In this document: in pieces, positions 14,703 to 27,156 of the stretch
Position numbering within the stretch: position 1 is the stretch's first letter
Layout: every line of letters begins with the position of its first letter
From: Octopus vulgaris
Lineage: Eukaryota
Length of the DNA: 64,000 nucleotides
Assembly: GCA_951406725.2 (NCBI GenBank)
Contig: OX597843.1
Coordinates: 13,144,001 to 13,208,000, forward strand
Direction: 5' to 3'
The notes under the pieces: model-generated
Database searches by the model: none
The model's input: the letters and a program-made list of their open reading frames with translations, nothing else
What the model was told of the DNA's origin: nothing
Program-made: the position numbers and the translations under genes

Positions 14703-15943
14703 GCCACAGTAATCTTCAAAGCCACAGTCAAACCAATTCTACTATATGGCTCAGAAATCTGGACGTTATCAAAGAAGCTTGAGAGGCGGTTGGATGGGAC
14801 CTACACTCGCCTCCTTATGAGAGCTCAAAATCTCTCGTGGAAGCGCCATCCAACCAAAATGCAAATATATGGGAAACTACCACCTGTGTCATCTCTTGTG
14901 AAAGGTAGGAGAGTCCAGTTTGCTGGACATTGTTGTAGAGCTGAAAACAAGGCAATTTCTACTCTTCTCCTCTGGAAGCCATCTACTCGTGATACCAGAG
15001 GGCGCACACTCTTCGAGAGGCAGTTGGATGGAACCTACACTCGCCTCCTTATGAGAGCTCAAAATCTCTCGTGGAAGAGTCATCCAACCAAAATGCAAAT
15101 ATATGGGGAAACTACCACCTGTGTCATCTCTTGTGAAAGGTAGGAGAGTCCAGTTTGCTGGACATGGTTGTAGAGCTGAAAACGAGGTAATTTCTACTCT
15201 TCTCCTCTGGAAGCCATCTACTCGCAATACCAGAGGGCGCACACTCTCCTACCCTGATGTAATCTCCAGGGATACAGGCATCCAGCAACAGGACCTCCGT
15301 AATGCCATGATGGACCGTGAAGTCTGGCGTAGCATGGTAAATTCCATTGTCTCGACCATGATCGCAATACCAGAGGGCGCACACTCTCCTACCCTGATGT
15401 AATCTCCAGGGATACAGGCATCCAGCAACAGGACCTCCGTAATGCCATGATGGACCGTGAAGTCTGGCGTAGCATGGTAAATTCCATTGTCTCGACCATG
15501 ATCGCAATACCAGAGGGCGCACACTCTCCTACCCTGATGTAATCTCCAGGGATACAGGCATCCAGCAACAGGACCTCCGTAATGCCATGATGGACCGTGA
15601 AGTCTGGCGTAGCATGGTAAATTCCATTGTCTCGACCATGATCGCAATACCAGAGGGCGCACACTCTCCTACCCTGATGTAATCTCCAGGGATACAGGCA
15701 TCCAGCAACAGGACCTCCGTAATGCCATGATGGACCGTGAAGTCTGGCGTAGCATGGTAAATTCCATTGTCTCGACCATGATCGCAATACCAGAGGGCGC
15801 ACACTCTCCTACCCTGATGTAATCTCCAGGGATACAGGCATCCAGCAACAGGACCTCCGTAATGCCATGATGGACCGTGAAGTCTGGCGTAGCATGGTAA
15901 ATTCCATTGTCTCGACCACGGTCGAACAATGATGATGATGATG
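14703..15943 (+). mobile_element. RTE-like LINE 3' fragment with 234-bp duplication and five tandem 140-bp 3' ends
   Basis: Same family as 4364-5410; 140-bp units start at 15222, 15362, 15502, 15642 and 15782; (ATG)n tail. Confidence 0.88.
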
Positions 15944-16589
15944 TGTGTGTATATAGATATATATATGATGTATATAGATATGTGTATATAGATATATATA
16001 TGATGTATATAGATATGTGTATATAGATATATATATGATGTGTGTGTATATAGATATATATATATAACAAGCTGGCCTTCGTGCCGATGGCACATTAAGC
16101 ACACCATTCAAGTGTGATCATTACCGTGTCGCCTTACTGGCACTTGTGCTGGTGGCACGTGAAACATTCGAGCGAGGACGTCGCCAGTGCCGCTGGACTG
16201 GCTCCTGTGCAGGTGGCAGGTAAGAAGCACCATTTGGGCGTGGCCGTTGCCAGTACCACCAATGATGATGATGATGTATATATTTATACACACACGCACA
16301 TGATGCAGGTGTGTATGTGTATACAATCAAAGGAAAAGAGCACACAATACGTTATGTAAAGATAATATTTGTAGACAGGAAGTTGTTGAGTCAGGCATCC
16401 ATTACTCAGAGACTTGTAAGAATGAACGCAAAGTGTCTTATCAATGAGATGGGCATGGGTGAGAGGTGCATGAATACACACACACACAAACACACACATA
16501 TATATGTATATGTATGCATGTGTTTATATAAACTAGATAGAAGATTTTAAAACCCATTCTTGGACTTACAGCTTGTACATATACTTGCA

Positions 16590-16617
16590 TTTATGTATAT
16601 ATATATACATACATACA

Positions 16618-16653
<36 letters not shown>

Positions 16654-16741
16654 TCATCATCATCATCATCATCATCATCGTTTAACGTCCGATGATGATG
16701 ATGATGATGATGATATATATATGTATGATGATGATACATAC

Positions 16742-16819
<78 letters not shown>

Positions 16820-16896
16820 ATGTATGCATGTACATATATATAATGTATACATGTGTACATGTATGTATGCATGTTTTGTTCACATATCTGTGTGTG

Positions 16897-16934
<38 letters not shown>

Positions 16935-17400
16935 TGTGTGTATATGTATGTATGCATTTGCTAAAGTAAAGAATTATTTAGGGGAAGGAAGAAGGAATTG
17001 GCAAACATCATTATCATCATCACCATCATCAACATCATCTTCATCAACAACAAGAACAAAAAAAAAAAATCTGGGAAAAGTCGAAGAAAGAAATAAAGAG
17101 GAAAGGAAGAAAGAAAGAGAGAAAGAAGGAAAGTAAGGAAGGAAGGAAAGAAAGAAAGAAAGAAAGAAGGGAATGATATGAAGACCGACAGTTATGTGTG
17201 AGTCAGTGACTTTAGGGAGTGTGTGTGTGTGTGTGTGTGTGTGATGATATTCCTCTCCATCCATCACCCCGAAGGTGTATTGATCTCTGATTAATGGTGG
17301 TGGTGGTGGTGGTGGTGGTGGTGGGCTGGGGTGGAAGGGAGCAGAGGCAGACAGAGGGAGAAATATGAGAAAAATGATGCAGAAGGTGATACGGTTGTAG

Positions 17401-17445
<45 letters not shown>

Positions 17446-17591
17446 GAAGGAGGAAGAGGAGGAGGGTGGTGGAGATGGTGGTGGCAATGATAATTAGAAT
17501 GGCCAGGGATATGACGTGGATATGGTGATGATGATGGTGATGATGATGATGATTATGACGATGACGATGTTGGCAATGACGATGATGATGT

Positions 17592-17627
<36 letters not shown>

Positions 17628-18130
17628 CGATGACGGTGTTGGCGATGACGATGATGATGTTGTTGATGATGATGATGTTGATGATGATGTTGATGATGAT
17701 GATGATGATGACGATGATGATGGCGATGACTATGTTGGCGATGACGATGATGATGTTGATGATGACGATGATGATGTTGATGATGATGACGATTATAATG
17801 ATTATAATGATTATGATGATGATGATGATATTGATGAGGGTGGTGATGATGACAGGAGATAGTGTATCTTTGTGAAGTTGGTGGTAGTGATGGTGGTGGT
17901 GGTGGTGGTGGTAGTGTTAATGTTAATTAAAATGGTAGTGATGATGATGATGATGATGACGAGATGTAGATGAAAATGATGGCAACAAAATGAAAGCTGG
18001 TGTTAATATTTCCGATAACAATAACAGCAACAATGAGGGGATGCTGATGCTGATGATGATGATGCAGATGGTGAGGGTATTGCAGTCGCTACACACACAC
18101 ACGTATATGCATGCATATATATATATACAC

Positions 18131-18183
<53 letters not shown>

Positions 18184-18290
18184 TATGTACATATTTATAG
18201 AAGTGTGTGTGTGTGTGCATGCATGTAGATATATGCATATGTATATATGCATACATATATATATACACACATATATATATACATATATAC

Positions 18291-18344
<54 letters not shown>

Positions 18345-18432
18345 GGACACATACATATATACATATATATACACATATACATACACATATATATATATAC
18401 ATACATATATATATATATACATATTTGTACAT

Positions 18433-18464
<32 letters not shown>

Positions 18465-19576
18465 ACGTACACATACATACATATACATACACATTTACAT
18501 ACACATATATGCATACCTACATATATACATATACATACACACATATATACATATACACACTCACATATACATAAATGTACATATACAAACATATATACAT
18601 ATCTATGTATATATGTATATATGTATATATACATATATACATATATACATATATATATATATAATATATATATATATATATGCACATGCATATATGTATA
18701 AATATATACATACATACATACATACATATACATACACACATATATATATTTGTGTGTGTGTGTACACTCTTACAGACAGAGAGAAGCAGACAGCCAGACA
18801 GACAGAGGGTGTGAAATTAGGAAATAAATGGAAGAAGCAGACGACCATTAAATTGTTTGATGTTTGGTGTTTGTTGAGTCATGTTTATGTTGGGACATGG
18901 AAGAGAGAGAGTGGGAGGGAGAGATAGAGGGAGAGAGAGAGATATGTAAGGACTGAGAGAGAGGAAGAAGGAGAGAGAGAGAGAGAGAGATAGGACTGAA
19001 TGAGGGGAGAAGGGAAGGGAGATGACTGAAAGAGGGTGGGAGTGAGAGGGAGTTATATAAGGACTCAGAGAGGGTGGGAAGGAGGGGGCAGAGATAGGGA
19101 CTGAGAGAGAGGAGGAGGGAGAGATATATAGAGAGAGAGATATGTAAGGACTGAGAGAGGGGAAGAAGGAGAGAAAGAGAGATAGGACTGAAAGAGAGGA
19201 GGAGGAAGAGAAAGAGAGAGAGGTGGAAAGTGTCAGAGTAAAGAGGAGTGAATGAAGTCTCTGAGGGAGGGAAAGTGAGAGAGAGAGAAAGAGACAGAGA
19301 GTAAGGTAGACTGGGAGGGAGAGAGAAAGGGAGCTAAGGACTGAGAGAGTGTGGGAGGAAGTGAGAGTGAGAGGAGAGATGGCAGGATATAGAGGCTGAG
19401 AGAGGGGGAATGTAAGACTGAAGGGGAGGAATGAAATCTGTGAGGGAGGGAAAGTGAGAGAGGGACACAATGAAGGAGGTGTGAAACGGAGGGATATAGA
19501 GAAGGAGTGGATGTATATATACATACATATATACATACATATATATATATATATATACATACATACATATATATAT

Positions 19577-19609
<33 letters not shown>

Positions 19610-19650
19610 TATATATACATACATATATATATATACATACATATATATAT

Positions 19651-19725
<75 letters not shown>

Positions 19726-19730
19726 GACAT
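16590..19730. repeat. Compound microsatellites: (TACA)n, (TG)n, (ATG)n, (TA)n and GA-rich
   Basis: Directly visible. Confidence 0.9.
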
Positions 19731-19871
19731 GCATGAAGTAAATAGACACCTTTAATTTAAAAAATTTCTGATCTAAGAGTCTTGATATGTTTTCAGTGGT
19801 GTAGAATTTACAAAGTAATTATTCTTATTCATTCCAGGTGCCATTATATTAAACATTTGCAAAGAGTAACC

Positions 19872-21059
19872 ATGCCATGCACAAAAAATTCAGCAGAACT
19901 GTCAGATTTTCAAAGAGGTCGTATTGTTGGGCAATCTGAGGCTGGTCTTAGCCAGTGAAAAATTGCTGAAAATCTTCAAATTCCTCTTGCTACTGTTAAT
20001 AGAATTATAGTGCAATTCAAAAGCCAAGGAAAAGAATCAACAGATTCTCGTCCCAGTCAACCTGGGCCCTCGGAAAAGAAGCTTTGCTGCTTGAAGAGAA
20101 CTGTGGAAAACGAACCCCGTTCGAAGGCTTCTGACATTGCAAAACAGCTAGAAGTTAGTCCAAGAACGTGTGTTACATATCTGCATAAACTTGGGTATTA
20201 TGGACGAGCAGCTAGAAGTAGACCCCTCCTTCAACCAATTAATATCATGAAAAGAAAGAAATGGGCTGAGGAGATGCCAGAAAAATCCAGTTCATTTTGG
20301 GATAGAGTAATTTTCTCAGATGAATCCAGATTTCTATTATTTTCAGACAGTGGATGTGTTTGGGTCTGGAGGCTTCCCAATCAAGAATTTGATTTGAAAC
20401 GGCTCCAACCAACCGTGAAACATGGCGGAATATTTGTAATATTAAGGTGGCAAGCTGGCAGAAACATTAGCATGGTGGACGAAATGCTTAGCCGTATTTC
20501 GTCTGCCGTTACGTTCTGAGTTCAAATTGCGCCGAGGTCGACTTTGCCTTTCATCCTTTCAGGGTCGATAAATTAAGTACCAGTTATGCACTGGGGTCGA
20601 CGTAATCAACTTAATACCTTTGTCTGTCCTTGTTTGTCCCCTCTATGTTTAGCCCCTTGTGGGTAATAAAGAAATAGGTATTTCAATTGCCGTTACGTTC
20701 TGAGTTCAAATTCTGCCGAGGTCAACTTTGCCTTTCATCCTTTCGGGGTCGATAACTTAAGTACCAGTTACGCACTGGGGTCGACGTAATCGACTTAATA
20801 CCTTTGTCTGTCCTTGTTTGTCCCCTCTATGTTTAGCCCCTTGTGGGTAATAAAGAAATAGGTATATTTGTAATGGAATGGGGAGCTGTCACCAGCAATG
20901 GTGACAGCTCTCCTTACCATAACAAATATAATGTTGTTCTGAGATGATGTTGGAACCATAAACTCTGAAAAATACATCAAAATACTTAAGCAAGGACTAC
21001 TTCTGATGTGTTCACATGATAACATAACGAAAAATGAGTTTTCATTCCTGGAAGATGGG
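19872..21059 (+). pseudogene. Tc1-family transposase pseudogene interrupted by a SINE; possible C-terminal remnant near 23921-23965
   Basis: ELSDFQRGRIVG HTH start, [19 protein letters not shown], resumes as WGAVT..GTINSEKYIKIL; in-frame stop near 19956. Confidence 0.85.
20441..20863 (+). mobile_element. SINE family B with duplicated body and 11-bp target-site duplication
   Basis: TSD ATATTTGTAAT at 20430-20440 and 20864-20874. Confidence 0.85.
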
Positions 21060-21349
21060 TAGATGGATTTGGTAGACGGAAACTGAAAGAAGCCTGTCAT
21101 ATATATATATATATATATATAATTAATCAATATAGGGTGGCAAAAAAAATTTTGTAGAATTCTTTTGCCACCAGCGGCCTAGTAGGAAAAAATTAAAATA
21201 GTCATAGACCATTTTTAAGTTCAACATCAACAATAAAGGAACGGCCATAATAGGCCATTCACCCACTAGAAATAACAGCCAAAGCTTCAACCGCAAATAA
21301 AAGTTAATTCAGTAAACCAGGAGAAAATTTAAAAAACATTTACCCTGTA

Positions 21350-21456
21350 ATTTCTTATACGATATACCGTTTCATCTGCTGATTAATGGTAAACTAACCT
21401 GATTAAATTAAATCAAGCCAATCTTCCACAGGCCCTCAGATTCTTCAGTAAGAAAT
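21350..21456 (-). ncRNA. Type I hammerhead ribozyme (inverted copy)
   Basis: Reverse complement of 21907-22013. Confidence 0.85.
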
Positions 21457-21906
21457 AGCCCAAGACGGAACAGATATTTTCACGAGGCATTTCCGACGTT
21501 GCCAAGTTTATATCTGACCTAAAATTTTCAAATCGTCGCAAATTTTCTCCTGGTTTACTGAATTAACTTTTATTTGCGGTTGAAGCTTTGGCTGTTATTT
21601 CTAGTGGGTGAATGGCCTATTATGGCCGTTCCTTTATTGTTGATGTTGAACTTAAAAATGGTCTATGACTATTTTAATTTTTTCCTACTAGGCCGCTGGT
21701 GGCAAAAGAATTCTACAAAATTTTTTTTGCCACCCTATATTGATTAATTATGAATTTTCTGGTTAATTCCGTAATGGAATCGACGGCTTATATTTATTTG
21801 CTGCCGATAAATTTGGCGCGAGTGCGACGATTTGAAAATTTTAGGTCAGATATAAACTTGGCAACGTCGGAAATGCCTCGTGAAAATATCTGTTCCGTCT
21901 TGGGCT

Positions 21907-22013
21907 ATTTCTTACTGAAGAATCTGAGGGCCTGTGGAAGATTGGCTTGATTTAATTTAATCAGGTTAGTTTACCATTAATCAGCAGATGAAACGGTATA
22001 TCGTATAAGAAAT
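21907..22013 (+). ncRNA. Type I hammerhead ribozyme, copy 1
   Basis: ATTTCTTA-CTGAAGA-ATCTG..CAGAT-GAAA-CGG(TATA)TCG-TA-TAAGAAAT; predicted cleavage after GUA at 22005. Confidence 0.87.
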
Positions 22014-22398
22014 TACAGGGTAAATGTTTTTAAATTTTCTCCTGGTTTACTGAATTAACTTTTATTTGCGGTTGAAGCTTTGGCTGTTATTTCTAGTGGG
22101 TGAATGGCCTATTATGGCCGTTCCTTTATTGTTGATGTTGAACTTAAAAATGGTCTATGACTATTTTAATTTTTTCCTACTAGGCCGCTGGTGGCAAAAG
22201 AATTCTACAAAATTTTTTTTGCCACCCTATATTGATTAATTATGAATTTTCTGGTTAATTCCGTAATGGAATCGACGGCTTATATTTATTTGCTGCCGAT
22301 AAATTTGGCGCGAGTGCGACGATTTGAAAATTTTAGGTCAGATATAAACTTGGCAACGTCGGAAATGCCTCGTGAAAATATCTGTTCCGTCTTGGGCT

Positions 22399-22505
22399 AT
22401 TTCTTACTGAAGAATCTGAGGGCCTGTGGAAGATTGGCTTGATTTAATTTAATCAGGTTAGTTTACCATTAATCAGCAGATGAAACGGTATATCGTATAA
22501 GAAAT
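22399..22505 (+). ncRNA. Type I hammerhead ribozyme, copy 2
   Basis: Identical to copy 1; predicted cleavage after 22497. Confidence 0.87.
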
Positions 22506-22891
22506 TACAGGGTAAATGTTTTTTAAATTTTCTCCTGGTTTACTGAATTAACTTTTATTTGCGGTTGAAGCTTTGGCTGTTATTTCTAGTGGGTGAATGG
22601 CCTATTATGGCCGTTCCTTTATTGTTGATGTTGAACTTAAAAATGGTCTATGACTATTTTAATTTTTTCCTACTAGGCCGCTGGTGGCAAAAGAATTCTA
22701 CAAAATTTTTTTTGCCACCCTATATTGATTAATTATGAATTTTCTGGTTAATTCCGTAATGGAATCGACGGCTTATATTTATTTGCTGCCGATAAATTTG
22801 GCGCGAGTGCGACGATTTGAAAATTTTAGGTCAGATATAAACTTGGCAACGTCGGAAATGCCTCGTGAAAATATCTGTTCCGTCTTGGGCT

Positions 22892-22998
22892 ATTTCTTAC
22901 TGAAGAATCTGAGGGCCTGTGGAAGATTGGCTTGATTTAATTTAATCAGGTTAGTTTACCATTAATCAGCAGATGAAACGGTATATCGTATAAGAAAT
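22892..22998 (+). ncRNA. Type I hammerhead ribozyme, copy 3
   Basis: Identical to copy 1; predicted cleavage after 22990. Confidence 0.87.
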
Positions 22999-23141
22999 TA
23001 CAGGGTAAATGTTTTTTAAATTTTCTCCTGGTTTACTGAATTAACTTTTATTTGCGGTTGAAGCTTTGGCTGTTATTTCTAGTGGGTGAATGGCCTATTA
23101 TGGCCGTTCCTTTATTGTTGATATATATATATATATATATA

Positions 23142-23675
23142 AGCGCAGGAGTGGCTGTGTGGTAAGTAGCTTGCTAACCAGCCACATGGTTCCAGGTTCA
23201 GTCCCACTGCGTGGCATCTTGGGCAAGTGTCTTCTGCTATAGCCCCGGGCCAACCAATACCTTGTGAGTGGATTTGGTAGACGGAAACTGAAAGAAGCCT
23301 GTCATATATATATATATATAAGCGCAGGAGTGGCTGTGTGGTAAGTAGCTTGCTAACAAGCCACATGGTTCCGGGTTCAGTCCCACTGCGTGGCATCTTC
23401 GGCAAGTGTCTTCTGCTATAGCCCCGGGCCGACCAATGCCTTGTGAGTGGATTTGGTAGACAGAAAGTGAAAGAAGCCTGTTGTATATATGTATATATAT
23501 ATATAGGCGCAGGAGTGGCTGTGTGGTAAGTAGCTTGCTAACCAACCACATGGTTCCGGGTTCAATCCACTGCGTGGCATCTTGGGCAAGTATCTTCTGC
23601 TATAGGCCCGAGCCGACCAATGCCTTGTGAGTGGATTTGGTAGACGGAAACTGAAAGAAGCCTGTCGTATATATG

Positions 23676-23706
<31 letters not shown>

Positions 23707-23920
23707 TTGTGTGTGTGTGTTTGTCCCCCTAGCATTGCTTGACAACCGATGCTGGTGTGTTTACGTCCCCGTTACTTAGCGGTTCGGCAAAAAGAGACCG
23801 ATAGAATAAGTACTGGGCTTACAAAGAATAAGTCCCGGGGTTGATTTGGTTTGACTAAAGGCAGTGCTCCAGCATGGCCGCAGTCAAATGACTGAAACAA
23901 GTAAAAGAGTAAAAGAGTAA
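23142..23920 (+). mobile_element. SINE family A: three tandem tRNA-like heads plus one tail
   Basis: Heads GCGCAGGAGTGGCTGTGTGGTAAG..GGTTCAGTCCC at about 23142, 23321 and 23505; (GTAAAAGA)n tail. Confidence 0.85.
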
Positions 23921-24299
23921 AGAGAGAAATTCCAAAAGAGACAATCGCAAATCTCATCAGGACTAACGAATGTGGTCCTACCCATCGATTGCGTTACAAT
24001 TGTTTGCTTTGTGCATCAAATAAAGGATCTTGAAAATGGAGTCCAAGATACTCTATGCCAGAATAAAAGACAAGTTGGTCACAGATGGAACAACTTTCAT
24101 TGAAGATCTGCTGGATCAAGACAGAACCTGGGGCTAAAGAACAGCAACAAAGGTTAATGATTTTTAGAAAACAAATGAACACCACAACACCTCGTAATCT
24201 TGTGTTGCAAGGGAAGAAAATGAGGTCATGTGATTAATCATGTGATTAATCATGAAGGAAAAAACCAATTTTTAGTTGAGTCATTCTTGATGTCGGTGA

Positions 24300-24375
24300 G
24301 TGAGATGGATGGATGGATGGATCAATAGACAGAGATGTATAAAGATAGATGGATAGATGGATGGATGGATGGATG

Positions 24376-24407
<32 letters not shown>

Positions 24408-24487
24408 AGAAAGAGACAGAGAGACATACATACATGCATAGAAAGATAGTTGGATGGATGGATGGACAGATAGATAGAGAGAGAGTG

Positions 24488-24572
<85 letters not shown>

Positions 24573-24585
24573 GATAGATAGATAT

Positions 24586-24646
<61 letters not shown>

Positions 24647-24667
24647 GAGAGAGTGAGATAGATAGAT

Positions 24668-24750
<83 letters not shown>

Positions 24751-24770
24751 CAGACAGATAGACAGATGGC

Positions 24771-24821
<51 letters not shown>

Positions 24822-25110
24822 GTAGATAGTGAGATAGAGATAGATAGATAGCTAGATAGATAGATAGAGAGATAGATAGACAGACAGAGAGAGAGACATA
24901 TATACATGCATGCATAGAAAAATAGATAGAGACAGACAGACAGATAGATAACTAGAGAGAGAGAGAGGCATACATACATACATGCATAGATAGATAGATA
25001 GACAGATAGATAGATAGATAGATAGATCGATTGATGGATGGAGGGGTGGATAGATTAATAGATAAATAGATGGAAGATAAATAGACAGACAGACAGATAG
25101 ACAGAATGTA
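24300..25110. repeat. (GATA/GGAT)n microsatellite
   Basis: Directly visible. Confidence 0.95.
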
Positions 25111-25162
25111 TGAAATAGATATAACAAGCTCAAGAGGGGGATTCAACAAGAAAGAGAATGGC

Positions 25163-25198
<36 letters not shown>

Positions 25199-25809
25199 GT
25201 ATAACTGTATGGCTAAGGTGCTTGCTTTGCATCCATATGATTTGCGGTTCAGTCCCACTGCATGGCACCTTGGACAAGCGTCTTCTGCAATAGCTCAGAG
25301 CTGCCCCAATGTTTTGTGAGGGAATGAATTTGGTAGATGGAAATTGTGTAGAAGCTTGACATTTATATATATACATATACAGCAGGGGTCGCAACCACCT
25401 CCTGCCAGAGCGTCATGGAGCTTTTAGGTGTTTTCACTCAATAAACACTCACAAAACCCGGTCTGGGAATCGAAACCGCGATCCTACGACCGTGAGTCCG
25501 CTGCCCTAACCATTAGGCCACTGCATCGCCATATATATATATATATATCATCATCCTCATTTAACGTCTGTTTTCCATGCTGGCATGGGTTGGATGGTTT
25601 GACCAGAGCAGGCAACCTGGAAAGTTGCACCAGACTCCAGTCTGATTTGCTATGGGTTCTACGACTCGGCGCCCTTCCTAGTGCCAACCACTTTACAGAG
25701 TGTGCTGGGTGCTTTTACGTGGAACAGCACAAGTGCTCATATGTGGCACCAGCATGAGTGCTTTGCATGTGACGCCAGCACAGGACTTTGACAGGTTGCT
25801 AGTATACCG

Positions 25810-26045
25810 AAAGAGAAGTTAGGCATAAGAGGAATTATATGCAGAGAGTAAGAGAGGAGACTGCGCTGGTTTGGTGATGTGATGCGGACGGATGCGGACA
25901 GCTCCATAAAGAAGTGCCAGTCTTTCAAAGTCGATGGAACTTGTAGAAGAGGCTGACCCAGAAAGACATGGGATGAAGTACTGCAGGATGACTTCAAGAT
26001 GCTGAACCTTTCAGATAAGATGACAAAGGACTGAGATACCTGATA
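25810..26045 (+). mobile_element. Decayed RTE-clade LINE 3' fragment (second family)
   Basis: RRLRWFGDVMR..G.PRKTWDE motif; related remnant at about 31460-31840. Confidence 0.7.
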
Positions 26046-26079
26046 CTTGATGAAGAGGTTGTGTATATATAAATATGGG

Positions 26080-26476
26080 GAAGCACTCCGTCGGTTACAA
26101 CGACGAGGGTTCCGGTTGATCCGAATCAACGGAACAGCCTGCTCGTGAAATTAACGTGTAAGTGGCTGAGCACTCCACAGACACGTGCACCCTTAACGTA
26201 GTTCTTGGGGATATTCAGCGTGACACAGAGAGTGACAAGGCCGGCCCTTTGAAATACAGGTTTGAAATACGGGTACAACAGAAACAGGAAGTAAGAGTGA
26301 GAGAAAGTTGTGGTGAAAGAGTACAGCAGGGATCACCACCATCCCCTGCCGGAGCCTCGTGGAGCTTTTAGGTGTTTTCGCTCAATAAACACACACAAAC
26401 GCCCGGTCTGGGAATCGAAACCGCGATCCTACGACCGCGAGTCCGCTGCCCTAACCACTGGGCCATTGCGCCTCCA
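26080..26476 (-). mobile_element. tRNA-derived SINE family C
   Basis: Near-identical to 6183-6566. Confidence 0.82.
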
Positions 26477-26480
26477 TGGT

Positions 26481-26515
<35 letters not shown>

Positions 26516-26517
<2 letters not shown>

Positions 26518-26727
26518 CGGGAAGGTTTATGAAAATAAACAAAAGACGAAGGCAGGTGGAGTACAAACAAACAAATGTATTAGTATGGCGCTCAGGAATA
26601 GAAATAGAAAAAGTCTTTTACGTTTCGAGCCTACGCTCTTTGACAGAAAGATACACAGAAAAGAAACAAGGAGAGAAAGAAGGAGAGAAAAAAAATGCGT
26701 GTAGGAGCTAACAGTCCAACATGGCGT
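26516..26727 (-). mobile_element. Short TA-embedded element with a minimal HHR-like motif (26614-26651, G8 mutated)
   Basis: TCTTT-CTGTCAA-A-GAGC(GTAG)GCTC-GAAA-CGT-A-AAAGA. Confidence 0.55.
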
Positions 26728-26909
26728 TATATATATATATATATATATATAGGGGGAAAATAAGAAAAATCAACGAAAATGCACATTGTAAATAAAAAAA
26801 GAAAAGGCTTTTTATGAAAGGTAACGACAGATATATACATTTAGATGGACTGAGGTAGTAATAAAAGTCATAAAAGTCATTATTATGAGATGATTAAAAA
26901 GTCAGAAAG

Positions 26910-26952
26910 CAAAGCATACCATGGTTTCGTCCATAAGCTATTCATTGCTTTG
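26910..26952 (-). ncRNA. Minimal HHR-like motif with an A3-U8 core variant
   Basis: CAAAGCA-ATGAATA-G(CTTATGGA)C-GAAA-CCATGG-TA-TGCTTTG. Confidence 0.55.
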
Positions 26953-27095
26953 AATATATATATATATATACATACATACATATATATATGTTAATAGTAA
27001 TGGTAAGACAACAAAAGGATGAAAGAGACCTCGGTATTATGTAAATAGAGGAAATTATCTGTAAATGTAATATGTGACAATTATTCGGTTGCCAT

Positions 27096-27156
27096 AATAA
27101 AACTCCGAGTTTCGGATATCGGTGCGGAAGCTTGCTCTGGCATCTCTTCAGTTATC
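27096..27156 (-). ncRNA. Type I HHR-like motif
   Basis: GATAA-CTGAAGA-GATG..TATC-C-GAAA-CTCGGAG-TT-TTATT; paralog of 11573-11635. Confidence 0.6.

Larger units (their letters stand above)
21119..23122. mobile_element. Retrozyme-like insertion: inverted ~420-bp arm plus about 3.2 tandem 492/493-bp units
   Basis: Near-identical units 21541-23122; 21119-21540 is their reverse complement; (TA)n on both sides; one HHR per unit. Confidence 0.88.

Noticed and set aside
21750-22935. Three identical 66-aa ORFs (MNFLVNSV..)
   Set aside because: Identity simply follows the tandem repeat; there is no recognisable domain and the ORF overlaps the ribozyme. Translation is not excluded but is unsupported
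21541-23122. Ambisense second ribozyme within the 493-nt unit
   Set aside because: No minus-strand HHR core seen within a unit; the minus copy at 21350 comes from the inversion. Other ribozyme classes were not excluded
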